64,000 nt of DNA. It comes from a virus. Position 1 is the stretch's first letter. Each line of letters begins with the position of its first letter. Of the stretch, positions 1 through 8,614 are shown piece by piece. The stretch is taken from IMG/VR virus record IMGVR_UViG_3300036985_002657, positions 13,137 to 77,136 of that record, one strand, 5' to 3'. Both the position numbers and the translations under genes were made by a program. The notes beneath the pieces are model-generated. The model was given only the letters and a program-made list of their open reading frames with translations. It did no database searches and had not been told where the DNA came from.

Positions 1-759
1 CACTGGGCTCCGATGATCGCAACGACCGAAGACCACATCGACGCGCTCCGCATCGAACTCCGCGCCGCCAACCAGCGTGTGATCACACTGAGCGAGAAGC
101 GTGGGCGGCTGCACGCCGAGGCCCGTGCTGCGGCGAAGGTCGCCGAACAGCGTGCGACGGCTGACGCGGCGGTGCTGGCGCTGCGCGAGAAGTGCGAGAC
201 GGCGGCTGACACGCTGGACGAATCGCGCGAGGCGCACAAGCTCGCCGAGGCCGAACTGATCAACATCACTGCTGCCGAGAAGGTGCTCTCGCTGACGGGC
301 GTTCGATCCTACCTGCTCGGGCAGGCGTTGGCGGGCATTGAGGAGGTGGCGAACACCTGGCTTGCGCGCGTCGCGGGCGGCGGGCTCGAGCTTCGGTTGC
401 AGCCCTACGCCGAGAAGGCAAGCGGCGGTGTGAAGGACTCGATCTCACTCGAGGTCGAGGGCGCAGGCGGCGGGCACGGCTACCGCGCTGCGTCGGGCGG
501 AGAGCGGCGTCGCATCGACATCGCGCTGATGCTGGCGCTCGCGGAGATCGCGGAGGCCGCTGTCGGCACCACAGGCAATACGCTGTTCTTCGACGAAGTG
601 TTCGACGCGCTTGACGGCGATGGCGTCGATGCTGCGTGTGCGGTACTAGACGAGCTCGCAGCGGATCGCTGCGTCGTGGTCATCAGTCACAATATGGATC
701 TCGCGGCTCGTCTGAATGTGACGAAGCACCTGACCATCAACAAAGGAACGATCTCGTGA
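1..759 (+). CDS. sbcC: SbcC/Rad50 (gp46-like) ABC-ATPase nuclease subunit, C-terminal part (5' truncated)
   Basis: Coiled coil followed by ABC signature SGGERRR, Walker B LFFDEVFDALD and H-loop VVISH; no Walker A in the window. Confidence 0.85.
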   Translation, partial: HWAPMIATTEDHIDALRIELRAANQRVITLSEKRGRLHAEARAAAKVAEQRATADAAVLALREKCETAADTLDESREAHKLAEAELINITAAEKVLSLTGVRSYLLGQALAGIEEVANTWLARVAGGGLELRLQPYAEKASGGVKDSISLEVEGAGGGHGYRAASGGERRRIDIALMLALAEIAEAAVGTTGNTLFFDEVFDALDGDGVDAACAVLDELAADRCVVVISHNMDLAARLNVTKHLTINKGTIS

Positions 760-1475
760 GCGACGAACAAGAGCAAGGCCGCGAGCTGGAATCACTCGGC
801 ACGTCAATGCGCGCCACAATCAAGCGGCTCCAGAAGGAACTCAGCGAGTCGATGGAACTGCGCGAGCGCGAGAACGACGCTCGCGCCGAGCTCGCCCTCC
901 CGGTGGAGCACGCGCACGAGGCGGTTCGCTTCCTGCTCCGGCACATCGGCGAAGACCCGACGCGCGAAGGGCTGCTCGACACGCCGCGTCGCTGGGTCGA
1001 TGCGATGCTCGAGATGCGCAGCGGCAACAGCGTCGATATCGCGAAGCTCCTCAAGGTGACGTTCGATTCGGGGCACTACGATGAGATCATCGCCGTGACC
1101 GACATCGCATACACTTCGATGTGCGAGCACCACCTCTTGCCGTTCACCGGCAAGGCAGCGGTGGCGTACCTCCCGTCCGAGGACGCAGGCGGCTACCGCG
1201 TTGTCGGGCTGTCGAAGATCCCGCGCCTCGTAGACGCCTTCGCGCGCCGCTTGCAGATGCAAGAGCAGTTGACGACGCAGATCGCCGAAGCGTTCGATGA
1301 GTACGTCAAGCCGCGCGGCGTCGCCGTGCTGCTCACCGGCGAGCACTCCTGCGCCTCGTGCCGGGGCGTGCGCAAGTCGGGGATGGTGATGATCACCTCG
1401 ATTCTGCGGGGCGCGTTCCGCAACAACGAGGCAACGCGCGCAGAGGTTCTGCGCCTGATCGGAGGAAGCAAGTGA
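756..1475 (+). CDS. folE: GTP cyclohydrolase I
   Basis: REGLLDTPRR, SMCEHHLLPF, GLSKIPR, RRLQMQEQLT, HSCASCRGV. Start reset to GTG 756, which overlaps the upstream stop (GTGA) and follows AAAGGA. Confidence 0.95.
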   Translation: MSDEQEQGRELESLGTSMRATIKRLQKELSESMELRERENDARAELALPVEHAHEAVRFLLRHIGEDPTREGLLDTPRRWVDAMLEMRSGNSVDIAKLLKVTFDSGHYDEIIAVTDIAYTSMCEHHLLPFTGKAAVAYLPSEDAGGYRVVGLSKIPRLVDAFARRLQMQEQLTTQIAEAFDEYVKPRGVAVLLTGEHSCASCRGVRKSGMVMITSILRGAFRNNEATRAEVLRLIGGSK

Positions 1476-1849
1476 CCACCCGCGCTACGAAGATCATCGC
1501 CACTGCGAGCATCGTCGGGTTCCACCGCTGGGAGGGCGCGCCGGAGGATGTGGCGTACCTCTCGCGCAACCACCGGCACGTCTTCACGTTCCGCGTCGAG
1601 CTCCTCGTCTCGCACGGCGATCGTGAGGCGGAGTTCCACACCGTCCAGCGCGCGCTCCGCTGGATGCTCCCCCGGCTGGCGAAGGAGGCGCCGATGGCAA
1701 GCTGCCCCGAGGAGGCGTGGTTCGGCGGGCAGTCCTGCGAGATGCTCGCCGCGGCGCTGTTCAACCAACTGGTCGCCTGCGGCTACACGCCGACCGCGAT
1801 CGAGTGCTGGGAAGACAACGAGAACGCCGGGCGCGTGGAGTTCGCGTGA
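1472..1849 (+). CDS. dpdL: QueD-like T-fold protein, DpdL type (putative CDG decarboxylase)
   Basis: GFHRW, LSRNHRHVF (LxxxHRHxF in place of QueD CxxxHGH), SCEMLA, WEDNENAG; GTG start overlaps the folE stop; GGAGG RBS. Confidence 0.7.
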   Translation: MTTRATKIIATASIVGFHRWEGAPEDVAYLSRNHRHVFTFRVELLVSHGDREAEFHTVQRALRWMLPRLAKEAPMASCPEEAWFGGQSCEMLAAALFNQLVACGYTPTAIECWEDNENAGRVEFA

Positions 1850-2832
1850 TGCTGTGGGTGTTCCCCATCGAGCCGATCGAGGAACGGTACAGCGCGCAGT
1901 GGGCACGCTGGTGGCAGCGCGAGCTTGCACGGCTGCGTGTGCCGCACCGCTTCGTGATGCCGTGGCGGGACGTGGCGGCAATCCACACCGGACAGTTCCT
2001 CGACACGCGCCTCACCCACAAGTGGAAGGCGAACCAGCTGGCGATGTTCGTGAACGCGATCCTCGAAGGCGAAGTGCAAGACGGCGATTGGGTGATCCTA
2101 CACGACGCCTGGAACCCGATGCTCGAGAGTCTCGCGTACATCAGAGACACCGAAGGGCCGAAGTTCAAGATCGCCGGGCTGTTCCACGCAGGCACCTACG
2201 ACCCTCACGACTACCTCGCGCAGAAGGGGCTGGGCCGCTGGGCTGGGTCGATCGAGCGCGGGTGGCTCGAGGCGCTGGACCGCGTGTTCGTCGCCACCGA
2301 CTACCATGCTGCGCTGATCAACCATCCCAAGGCGGAAGTGACCGGCTTCCCGTTCTACATCGACGAGTTCGCCCGCCACTTCCGCCCGTGGGCTGAGCGG
2401 GAGAAGCTGGTGGTCTTCCCGCACCGGCTCGCGCCGGAGAAGCAGCCTGCGGTTTTCGATCAGGTGCGCGAACTGTACGCGCGGCGCTACCCCAGCGACG
2501 CGGTGCGCTGGGTGCGGACGCAGGACGTGTGCAAGTCGAAGGACGACTACTACTCGCTGCTCGGGTCGGCGCGCGTGTCGTTCTCCGCAGCCTTGCAGGA
2601 GACCTGGGGCATCGCGATGCTCGAGTCGCTGGCGCTTGGCGCTTGGCCGGTCGCGCCTGCGCGGCTCTCGTACCCCGAGACGGTGGGCTGGTTCAACCTC
2701 TACCCGCGCACCGCTGATTCAGTGGATATGATTCACGCACGCCTGCACGAGACAATCGCTTCGCCGTTCCGATACCCCGAAGGCGAGAACGCCATCGCTG
2801 CTATGATCGCTGCCATGCCAGGAGTCCTATGA
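1849..2832 (+). CDS. GT-B fold (GT4-like) glycosyltransferase
   Basis: VVFPHRLAPEKQP and QETWGIAMLES (EX7E) motifs, N-terminal IEPIEERYSAQW; start overlaps the dpdL stop (TGATG). Confidence 0.85.
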   Translation: MLWVFPIEPIEERYSAQWARWWQRELARLRVPHRFVMPWRDVAAIHTGQFLDTRLTHKWKANQLAMFVNAILEGEVQDGDWVILHDAWNPMLESLAYIRDTEGPKFKIAGLFHAGTYDPHDYLAQKGLGRWAGSIERGWLEALDRVFVATDYHAALINHPKAEVTGFPFYIDEFARHFRPWAEREKLVVFPHRLAPEKQPAVFDQVRELYARRYPSDAVRWVRTQDVCKSKDDYYSLLGSARVSFSAALQETWGIAMLESLALGAWPVAPARLSYPETVGWFNLYPRTADSVDMIHARLHETIASPFRYPEGENAIAAMIAAMPGVL

Positions 2833-3797
2833 CCGTCGAGAGCTACGTCCACGAAGAAGGCACCGCGTTCAGCGCGTTGCCAGAAATCTACCAGATCGAA
2901 CTGACGAATCACTGCAACCTCGCCTGCCCCATGTGTTTGCGCACAACGGGCATGGTGCGGCGTCCGCAGTTCCTCGACCGCGGTCTGATCCAGAAGATGC
3001 TCGCGCGCGGCGACTTCGCAGGCACGGCGTACACCGAGCTCCAGATGGCGGGCGAGCCGACGCTGCACCCAGAGCTCGGCGGCATCATCGACGATCTCAA
3101 GACCTACGGGCTACTGGTGGGAGCCAGCACGCACGGGCACGAGATCCAGCGGAAGCCAGGCGTGCTCGAGGCGCTCCTCAAGCTCGACGCGCTGACGATC
3201 AGCGTGGACTCGGTGGACCCTGAGATGTACGCCGCGATGCGTCCGCCGACGCAGCTCGACCACCTCATCGCAGCGATCGATGCGTTCGTGGTGGCCGCGC
3301 GCAAGCTGCCCACCCGCCCGCTCGTCGAGCTCCAGCTCATCCAGACCGTGAAGGAGCGCGGACTCGGCGACGCAAACCTCGATGCGCTTCATCGCGTCAT
3401 GCAGGAGCGGGGCTGGGGCGACGTGTGTACGGCGCGCGTGCAGGGTGACTGCTTCCCCGAGATGCAGAACGTCGTGCAACTCGGCACCCGCAAGCGGAAC
3501 GCCGATCTCTGCATCAACCCCTGGTCGTCGGTCTCGATGCTGGCGAGCGGGCAGGTCGTGTCCTGCTGCTACATCTTCGAGGCTGCTACCGACGCCGTCA
3601 ACAGCTACGGCAATCTGAGCACGAACACGCTGGCGGAGGTCTGGGCTTCCGCTGCCGTGCAGGCGATGCGCGTGTCGCAGAAGACCGGCGAGCTTCGCGA
3701 CGCCTGCCGTAGCTGCTTCCTCAAGAGCCCCACGCTGATCCACCAGAACATCGTGGCGCGCCTCGTTCGCAATCGAGCCATGCAGGAGAGAACATGA
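2829..3797 (+). CDS. Radical SAM enzyme with C-terminal SPASM/Twitch domain
   Basis: IELTNHCNLACPMC, GEPTLHP, C-terminal CINPW..G.V..CC..GNL...LAEVW...CRSC. Confidence 0.9.
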   Translation: MTVESYVHEEGTAFSALPEIYQIELTNHCNLACPMCLRTTGMVRRPQFLDRGLIQKMLARGDFAGTAYTELQMAGEPTLHPELGGIIDDLKTYGLLVGASTHGHEIQRKPGVLEALLKLDALTISVDSVDPEMYAAMRPPTQLDHLIAAIDAFVVAARKLPTRPLVELQLIQTVKERGLGDANLDALHRVMQERGWGDVCTARVQGDCFPEMQNVVQLGTRKRNADLCINPWSSVSMLASGQVVSCCYIFEAATDAVNSYGNLSTNTLAEVWASAAVQAMRVSQKTGELRDACRSCFLKSPTLIHQNIVARLVRNRAMQERT

Positions 3798-4651
3798 TCA
3801 ACGGCAAGAAGATGATCGCGCTGACCGGCGTAGAGAGCACGGGGAAGACGACGCTCACCACGGTGCTCACTGGGAGGCTGCGCACGCGCGGCATCTTGGC
3901 GGAGTCCGTGGGGGAGGCAGGCGCGGCGTCGCCCTTCCCCGGCGCGTTTCTCGACTCCGGCTACGCAGGCTGGATGTACCTGATCGGCAACAAGATGGCG
4001 CTCGAGGTCACGAAGGCTACGCGCGCCAACGTCAACGTCGTGGTCTGCGATCGCACGCTGATGGACTACGGGCTCTACTTCAAGACGCGCTTCCCAGGTC
4101 AGCCGATGGCAGAGGAAATCTTCGCACTAGCGCAGGAGTGGATCAGGCAGTACGACATGATCTTCTATCTGCCCCGCGCAGGCAGCACCTACCGGCAGGA
4201 CGGCTACCGCGCTTCGCCCGCCGAGAACTACTGGCACGCGAAGGCGGACGCCGCCTACCTCGAGTTCTGGTCGGCGAACCCGCGCGCAACGTGCGTGCCG
4301 CAGGGCTTCGACTACCGGGAGCGCGGCGAGTTCGTCTACCACAAGGTCATTGAGAACCTGCTCGGGGAGACGAAGGCATCCCGCGCCTACGAGTACCTGC
4401 GCGAGTGGCTCAACGCGAACGGCGTGCGCGTGCTCGCCGTTCACCCGCGAGGCTCGCAGTCGATCACAGAGACCAAGACGCCCCGCCCCGACAGCGATGC
4501 CGACGCGGTGATCATCGTGGACGGCGATGCCGACTACGCGCAGAGCGCCGCGACGATGTTCGCGCAGCATCGCGCCAACGTCGAGAAGGTGCTCCAGCAC
4601 GATCTCGACCTCTGCTTCTCCCCTCGGCACCTCGCGGCGCACGAGCTCTGA
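3794..4651 (+). CDS. P-loop kinase (AAA_28/thymidylate-kinase-like) fused to a minimal nucleotidyltransferase-like domain
   Basis: IALTGVESTGKTT, VVCDRTLMD, YDMIFYL..Y.QDGYR; C-terminal GS...RPDSDAD (Pol-beta GS-x-DxD) and DLDL. Confidence 0.7.
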   Translation: MINGKKMIALTGVESTGKTTLTTVLTGRLRTRGILAESVGEAGAASPFPGAFLDSGYAGWMYLIGNKMALEVTKATRANVNVVVCDRTLMDYGLYFKTRFPGQPMAEEIFALAQEWIRQYDMIFYLPRAGSTYRQDGYRASPAENYWHAKADAAYLEFWSANPRATCVPQGFDYRERGEFVYHKVIENLLGETKASRAYEYLREWLNANGVRVLAVHPRGSQSITETKTPRPDSDADAVIIVDGDADYAQSAATMFAQHRANVEKVLQHDLDLCFSPRHLAAHEL

Positions 4652-5607
4652 TGCGAGTCTATCTCGCCGCGCCTGCGCAACTGTACCAGTACCACACGCC
4701 GTTCCAGGCGCGGCGACTGCTGATCTCCTTCGTCAAGATGAGTTGGGGCGTGGAGAAGTTCCAGCTAGCTCTCGACAACGCGAAACCCACACACGGGTAT
4801 TGCGTGGACTCCGGCGCGCACGTCTGGCTGTCGATGTTCTTCAAGAAGCAGGAGAAGCCGCCGATGGCAAAGGTCGAACAGACCATCGAGCGGTTTCTCC
4901 CGATGGTGCAACAACTGTCGGGCGACCCGCAGTTCGTCGTCGATCTCGACATCCAGCGCATCTACGGTCTGCCGGTGATCGACGGCTGGCGCAAGACCAT
5001 CTGGCAGCCCTTCGAGCGCGCGTCCGGCATCCGAGTCTGCTACGTCTGGCACCCGTCCGACGGGGAGGCGCGCTGGGAAGAACTGCTCGCCGATCCTGAC
5101 GTTCACTACCTGGGGATGGGCTCGAGCTTCAAGATGATGCCCGTCGAGGCGTGGGCTCGTCTCGTCTACCGCGCCTACCAGGCAGGCAAGCCGGTGCATG
5201 GCTTTGCGAAGATCAACGCGAAGTATCTGATGAAGGTTCCCTTCTACTCCGTGGACTCGACATCCTGGGCGTCAGGATCGTTCTTCGGCACCGTCCCGCA
5301 TTTCAACGCAACAACCGGCGCGATCAATCAACGATCCGTCGGCGACAAGGCTCGGCAGAACGTCGGTGCAGCAGCGGTGCTGACTCGGTTGGCAGTCACC
5401 GCGCAGGGTAAGATCAAGGCAGACCTACTCCAAAGGGGTGCGTTCATTGGAAAAGATTACCAATCGTTCTACCAAAACGGCGTCGATCAGTACACCCGGT
5501 TCGAGGCGTGGTTCACCGCCTACTGGAAAGCCCGAGGAGTCGACTGGGACGCCCAGCTCGCTCGCCACGGAAACCTCGGGCCTCCCGACTCTCTCGATCC
5601 CAGATGA
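4651..5607 (+). CDS. dpdA: DpdA-like (TGT-fold) 7-deazaguanine DNA transglycosylase
   Basis: LLISF, VDSGAH, DLDI, VWH, YLGMG, VHGFA, PFYSVDSTSW motifs typical of phage DpdA; sits in the folE/queE operon; TGATG coupling. Confidence 0.8.
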   Translation: MRVYLAAPAQLYQYHTPFQARRLLISFVKMSWGVEKFQLALDNAKPTHGYCVDSGAHVWLSMFFKKQEKPPMAKVEQTIERFLPMVQQLSGDPQFVVDLDIQRIYGLPVIDGWRKTIWQPFERASGIRVCYVWHPSDGEARWEELLADPDVHYLGMGSSFKMMPVEAWARLVYRAYQAGKPVHGFAKINAKYLMKVPFYSVDSTSWASGSFFGTVPHFNATTGAINQRSVGDKARQNVGAAAVLTRLAVTAQGKIKADLLQRGAFIGKDYQSFYQNGVDQYTRFEAWFTAYWKARGVDWDAQLARHGNLGPPDSLDPR

Positions 5608-5632
5608 GTTCGGCGTCGTCCGCTTCGGCGAC

Positions 5633-6283
5633 ATGAGGCTCGGGATGGTCGAGACGACTCGGCTCGAGCAGCGCCGAGACAACCCGCGCGCTATGAGCAC
5701 GTCGGAGTACGAGACCCTGAAGCGATCGATGGACAAGTTCGGCTTCAAGAGTTTCGTCGTCGCGGAGGAGATCGAGCCAGGCCGCTACGGTGTGATCGAC
5801 GGCCACCACCGCTGGCGCGCTGCGACAGAGCGCGGAATGGCGCGCATCCCGGTCGTGCTGCTCGATAGCGGCACCGACAAGTCCTGGGCGGACCTCGCCA
5901 TGCTGACGTTCAACGTCACCGGCGACCCGCAGGAGGACAAGTACGTCGAGCTCCTCGCCGAGCTCACCACGCTGCTCGGTGCCGAGACAACGGCGCTGTT
6001 CACGGCGCTGGACACCAACTTCCTCGAATCCTTCGGCAAGAACATGGCGGAGACGATGGACGCCGCAGACGCCGCTACTGCCGCCGCAGGTGGCGAGGAA
6101 GCGGGCTGGCAAGGTCGCCCGATCCTCGTTGAGTTCCCGCGTGTCGATGATGTGGTGGCGCTGTTCGCCGAAGTGACTGCGCTGACTGGGGAGACAGTGC
6201 TTGGGCGTGCTGTACTCACCGCACTTCGCGAGTGGGTGAAGATCAAGCGTCCCGCACAAGACACAGTGCAGGAGGTCGAATGA
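5633..6283 (+). CDS. ParB/Srx N-terminal domain protein (start uncertain)
   Basis: DNPRAM, LKRSMDKFGF, VIDGHHRWRAA, IPVV. Confidence 0.8.
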   Translation: MRLGMVETTRLEQRRDNPRAMSTSEYETLKRSMDKFGFKSFVVAEEIEPGRYGVIDGHHRWRAATERGMARIPVVLLDSGTDKSWADLAMLTFNVTGDPQEDKYVELLAELTTLLGAETTALFTALDTNFLESFGKNMAETMDAADAATAAAGGEEAGWQGRPILVEFPRVDDVVALFAEVTALTGETVLGRAVLTALREWVKIKRPAQDTVQEVE

Positions 6284-6960
6284 TCAAGCTCCAGCGATAC
6301 GCGGTCACAGAAATCTTCCACACCATCCAGGGCGAAGGGCATCACGCAGGCACGGCGGCGGTCTTCATCCGTTTTGCAGGCTGCAATATGTGGGGCGGGC
6401 ACGTCGAGAACAATGGCCGCCGCGCAGCCGCCGAAGCGCAGGAGGCGCACTGCCCGCTGTGGTGCGACACGGACTTCCGCGTTCGCGAGGTGCTGACGAG
6501 CGCGGAGATCCTCACCCGCGTCGGCAAGTTGCCGGGCGCACAGATGGTGGTGCTGACCGGCGGTGAGCCGCTGCTCCAGCTCACCTACGAGTTGATCGAG
6601 GAGCTCTACCGCCTGTTCGGCATGGTCGCTGTCGAGACGAACGGCACGCTGACGCCGCCCGCCAACAGCCGATCGCTGCTCTGGCTGACGATGTCGCCGA
6701 AGGTCGCACCAGCGAAGATCAAGCTGCGCAACCCCAACGAGATCAAGGTCGTGTTCCCTGACTACAATCCGCTCGACTACCTGCCATTCGCGGGCAAGCA
6801 GACGCGGCTGTTCGTGCAGCCGCGTGCGACGTGCGAGACGCAGACCGTCGGTAGGAGCCTGCTCGCGCCGGACGTGATCGGTGCGGCAGCGAACTTCGTT
6901 CTCACCCACCCCGAGTGGAGACTGAGTCTCCAAACCCACAAGTTGGTAGGTCTGCCCTAA
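6280..6960 (+). CDS. queE: 7-carboxy-7-deazaguanine synthase (radical SAM)
   Basis: EIFHTIQGEG, FIRFAGCN...C..WCDTDF, VLTGGEPLLQ, VETNGT, SPK, WRLSLQTHK; GGAGG RBS before ATG 6280. Confidence 0.93.
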   Translation: MIKLQRYAVTEIFHTIQGEGHHAGTAAVFIRFAGCNMWGGHVENNGRRAAAEAQEAHCPLWCDTDFRVREVLTSAEILTRVGKLPGAQMVVLTGGEPLLQLTYELIEELYRLFGMVAVETNGTLTPPANSRSLLWLTMSPKVAPAKIKLRNPNEIKVVFPDYNPLDYLPFAGKQTRLFVQPRATCETQTVGRSLLAPDVIGAAANFVLTHPEWRLSLQTHKLVGLP

Positions 6961-6972
6961 AGCAACCCAATG

Positions 6973-6981
6973 TGTTAGGCT
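6973..6981 (+). promoter_or_regulatory. Extended -10 promoter candidate for a leaderless HNH transcript
   Basis: TG-T-TAGGCT, 6 nt before ATG 6988, no RBS, AT-richer spacer. Confidence 0.35.
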
Positions 6982-6987
6982 CTTGCG

Positions 6988-7869
6988 ATGCTAAAGAACT
7001 GCCGACGCTGTGATCAACCGTTTGAGGCGCTGCGCGCGATGGCGTACTGCTCGGACAACTGTCGTGATCAGTACGACCCAGATCGTTTCTGGGCGAAGGT
7101 CGATCGCAGCGCGGGGCCGCTGGCGTGCTGGCCGTGGCTCGGCTCGTGCGATCCCAAGGGCTACGGTTGGTTCAGCGTGGGTAAGACCATGCGACACGCG
7201 CACCGCGTCGCGCTCGAACTGCATCTTGGCCGCCGACTCACGCCGACTGAGTACGCACTGCACACCTGCGACAACCCACCATGCTGCAACGTGCATCCTG
7301 ATCATGTTCACCAGGGAACCGCACTCGACAACTGCGCCGAGATGTACGCGCGCGGGCGGGATGCCAAAGCACGCGGAACAGCAAACGCGGCTACAAAGCT
7401 CACGGGTACACAGGTACGCGAGATCCGCGCCGTGCGGGCCGAGTGGCTAGCCGCCCACCCCGGCCGGGTGCGCGTGGAACGCGGCTCGCCAATCTCGACA
7501 GGTGTGCTGGCCGCCAAGTACGGTGTCAGCACCGCGACGATCACTGCTGTCGTAAAACAACGAACCCACAAAGATCGGACTGCCCTGATGAAACAGCTAT
7601 CCCTGTTCGCCCCCGGCGACAACACTGAGATCCTCCCCGCCAACACCCACCCGCTGCCCTACATCCAAGTCGGGATGCGGCTGAAGCTGCGCAAGGGCGG
7701 AACGAAGTTCACCGTGACTTCGATCGATGAAGTCGAAGTCACGACGCGAGCTCTCTGCATCTGGGTCGGCGGTAAGCAGACGAGCGAGGACTGCCTGTAC
7801 TTGCGCGAGCAGGCGTGGCTCGCCGAAGCGTTCGATCCGTCGTGCGCTGCGAGCGAAGCGCGCCGCTGA
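6988..7869 (+). CDS. HNH homing endonuclease with C-terminal extension
   Basis: RFWAKV, CWPWLG..DPKGYG, AHRVA, LHTCDNPPCCN..H..GT..DN, then HTH-like LAAKYGVST. Confidence 0.85.
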   Translation: MLKNCRRCDQPFEALRAMAYCSDNCRDQYDPDRFWAKVDRSAGPLACWPWLGSCDPKGYGWFSVGKTMRHAHRVALELHLGRRLTPTEYALHTCDNPPCCNVHPDHVHQGTALDNCAEMYARGRDAKARGTANAATKLTGTQVREIRAVRAEWLAAHPGRVRVERGSPISTGVLAAKYGVSTATITAVVKQRTHKDRTALMKQLSLFAPGDNTEILPANTHPLPYIQVGMRLKLRKGGTKFTVTSIDEVEVTTRALCIWVGGKQTSEDCLYLREQAWLAEAFDPSCAASEARR

Positions 7870-7892
7870 ACTCCCAACAACCAAAAGCAGAG

Positions 7893-7928
7893 AGGGCCGC
7901 GAGAGTGATCTCGCGGCCCTTTTCGTTT
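7893..7928 (+). terminator. Intrinsic (possibly bidirectional) terminator between the convergent blocks
   Basis: 12-bp stem AGGGCCGCGAGA/TCTCGCGGCCCT with GTGA loop, followed by TTTCGTTT; A-tract on the other side. Confidence 0.85.
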
Positions 7929-7930
7929 GG

Positions 7931-8614
7931 CTAGTAGAGCGCCGTCGCGCTCGGTTCCCACAACGCCGGGATCTGCTTCCCGTCGCCGAACGTCTGTTGC
8001 GGGCGAGTCTTGAGCCCGAGGATCGGCACAGCGAAGTCGAGAACGACCGCGCGCCAGATACCCTCACCGGGGTCACTGGGCTTGCCGCCGTTGCTCTGCC
8101 GGTGCGCGTAGACGAACTCGATCGGCATCCCCGCCTTGCGCCCCTCCTCGACGAGAAAGCGCAACGCCGCCTGCGCGGTGGCGATCGTGAGCTCGTCAAG
8201 CGGAGTCGGCTTGCCGCCCCACGTCGTCGTGATGTCCTCACGCTTCGGCGTTGTCGAGTCATCGAGCAGGCCGGGATACATCCCCTCGATCTCGAGGCCG
8301 AGAGTCGGGCCGTTCAACTCGTTGCCGTGGTAAAGATACCAGGGCAGCGGGGCAGTGATGACGTAGTTGCCGTCACGGAACGCGACTGCGTGGGCGGGAA
8401 TCCCCATCGCCCGCAGGTGCTTCTTCGTCTGATCTGCGGGGCCGAAGACACAGGCGGTCTGGTGAACCGTGATCCCGGTCACGAGTTTCGGATCGCGCGA
8501 GTACGTCTTGCCCTTGACGATCCTGCTCGTGGCGACTATCGACCCATCGTTCTTGTGTTTGCGCGGGAACGGATCAGTCTGCTCTCCGCGCCAGTCGAGA
8601 CAGACAGGCGTCAT
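7931..8614 (-). CDS. Endolysin, N-acetylmuramoyl-L-alanine amidase (Amidase_2-like)
   Basis: ITVHQTA, AHAVA, YHGNELN, GLEIEG, AHRQ, SDPG zinc-amidase motifs; last gene of the late operon. Confidence 0.85.
   Translation of the reverse strand: MTPVCLDWRGEQTDPFPRKHKNDGSIVATSRIVKGKTYSRDPKLVTGITVHQTACVFGPADQTKKHLRAMGIPAHAVAFRDGNYVITAPLPWYLYHGNELNGPTLGLEIEGMYPGLLDDSTTPKREDITTTWGGKPTPLDELTIATAQAALRFLVEEGRKAGMPIEFVYAHRQSNGGKPSDPGEGIWRAVVLDFAVPILGLKTRPQQTFGDGKQIPALWEPSATALY

Noticed and set aside
636-7869. Folate or tRNA-queuosine auxiliary metabolism as the role of folE/queE/queD
   Set aside because: Coupling to a DpdA-like gene and the absence of queF/queA/folP favour DNA modification
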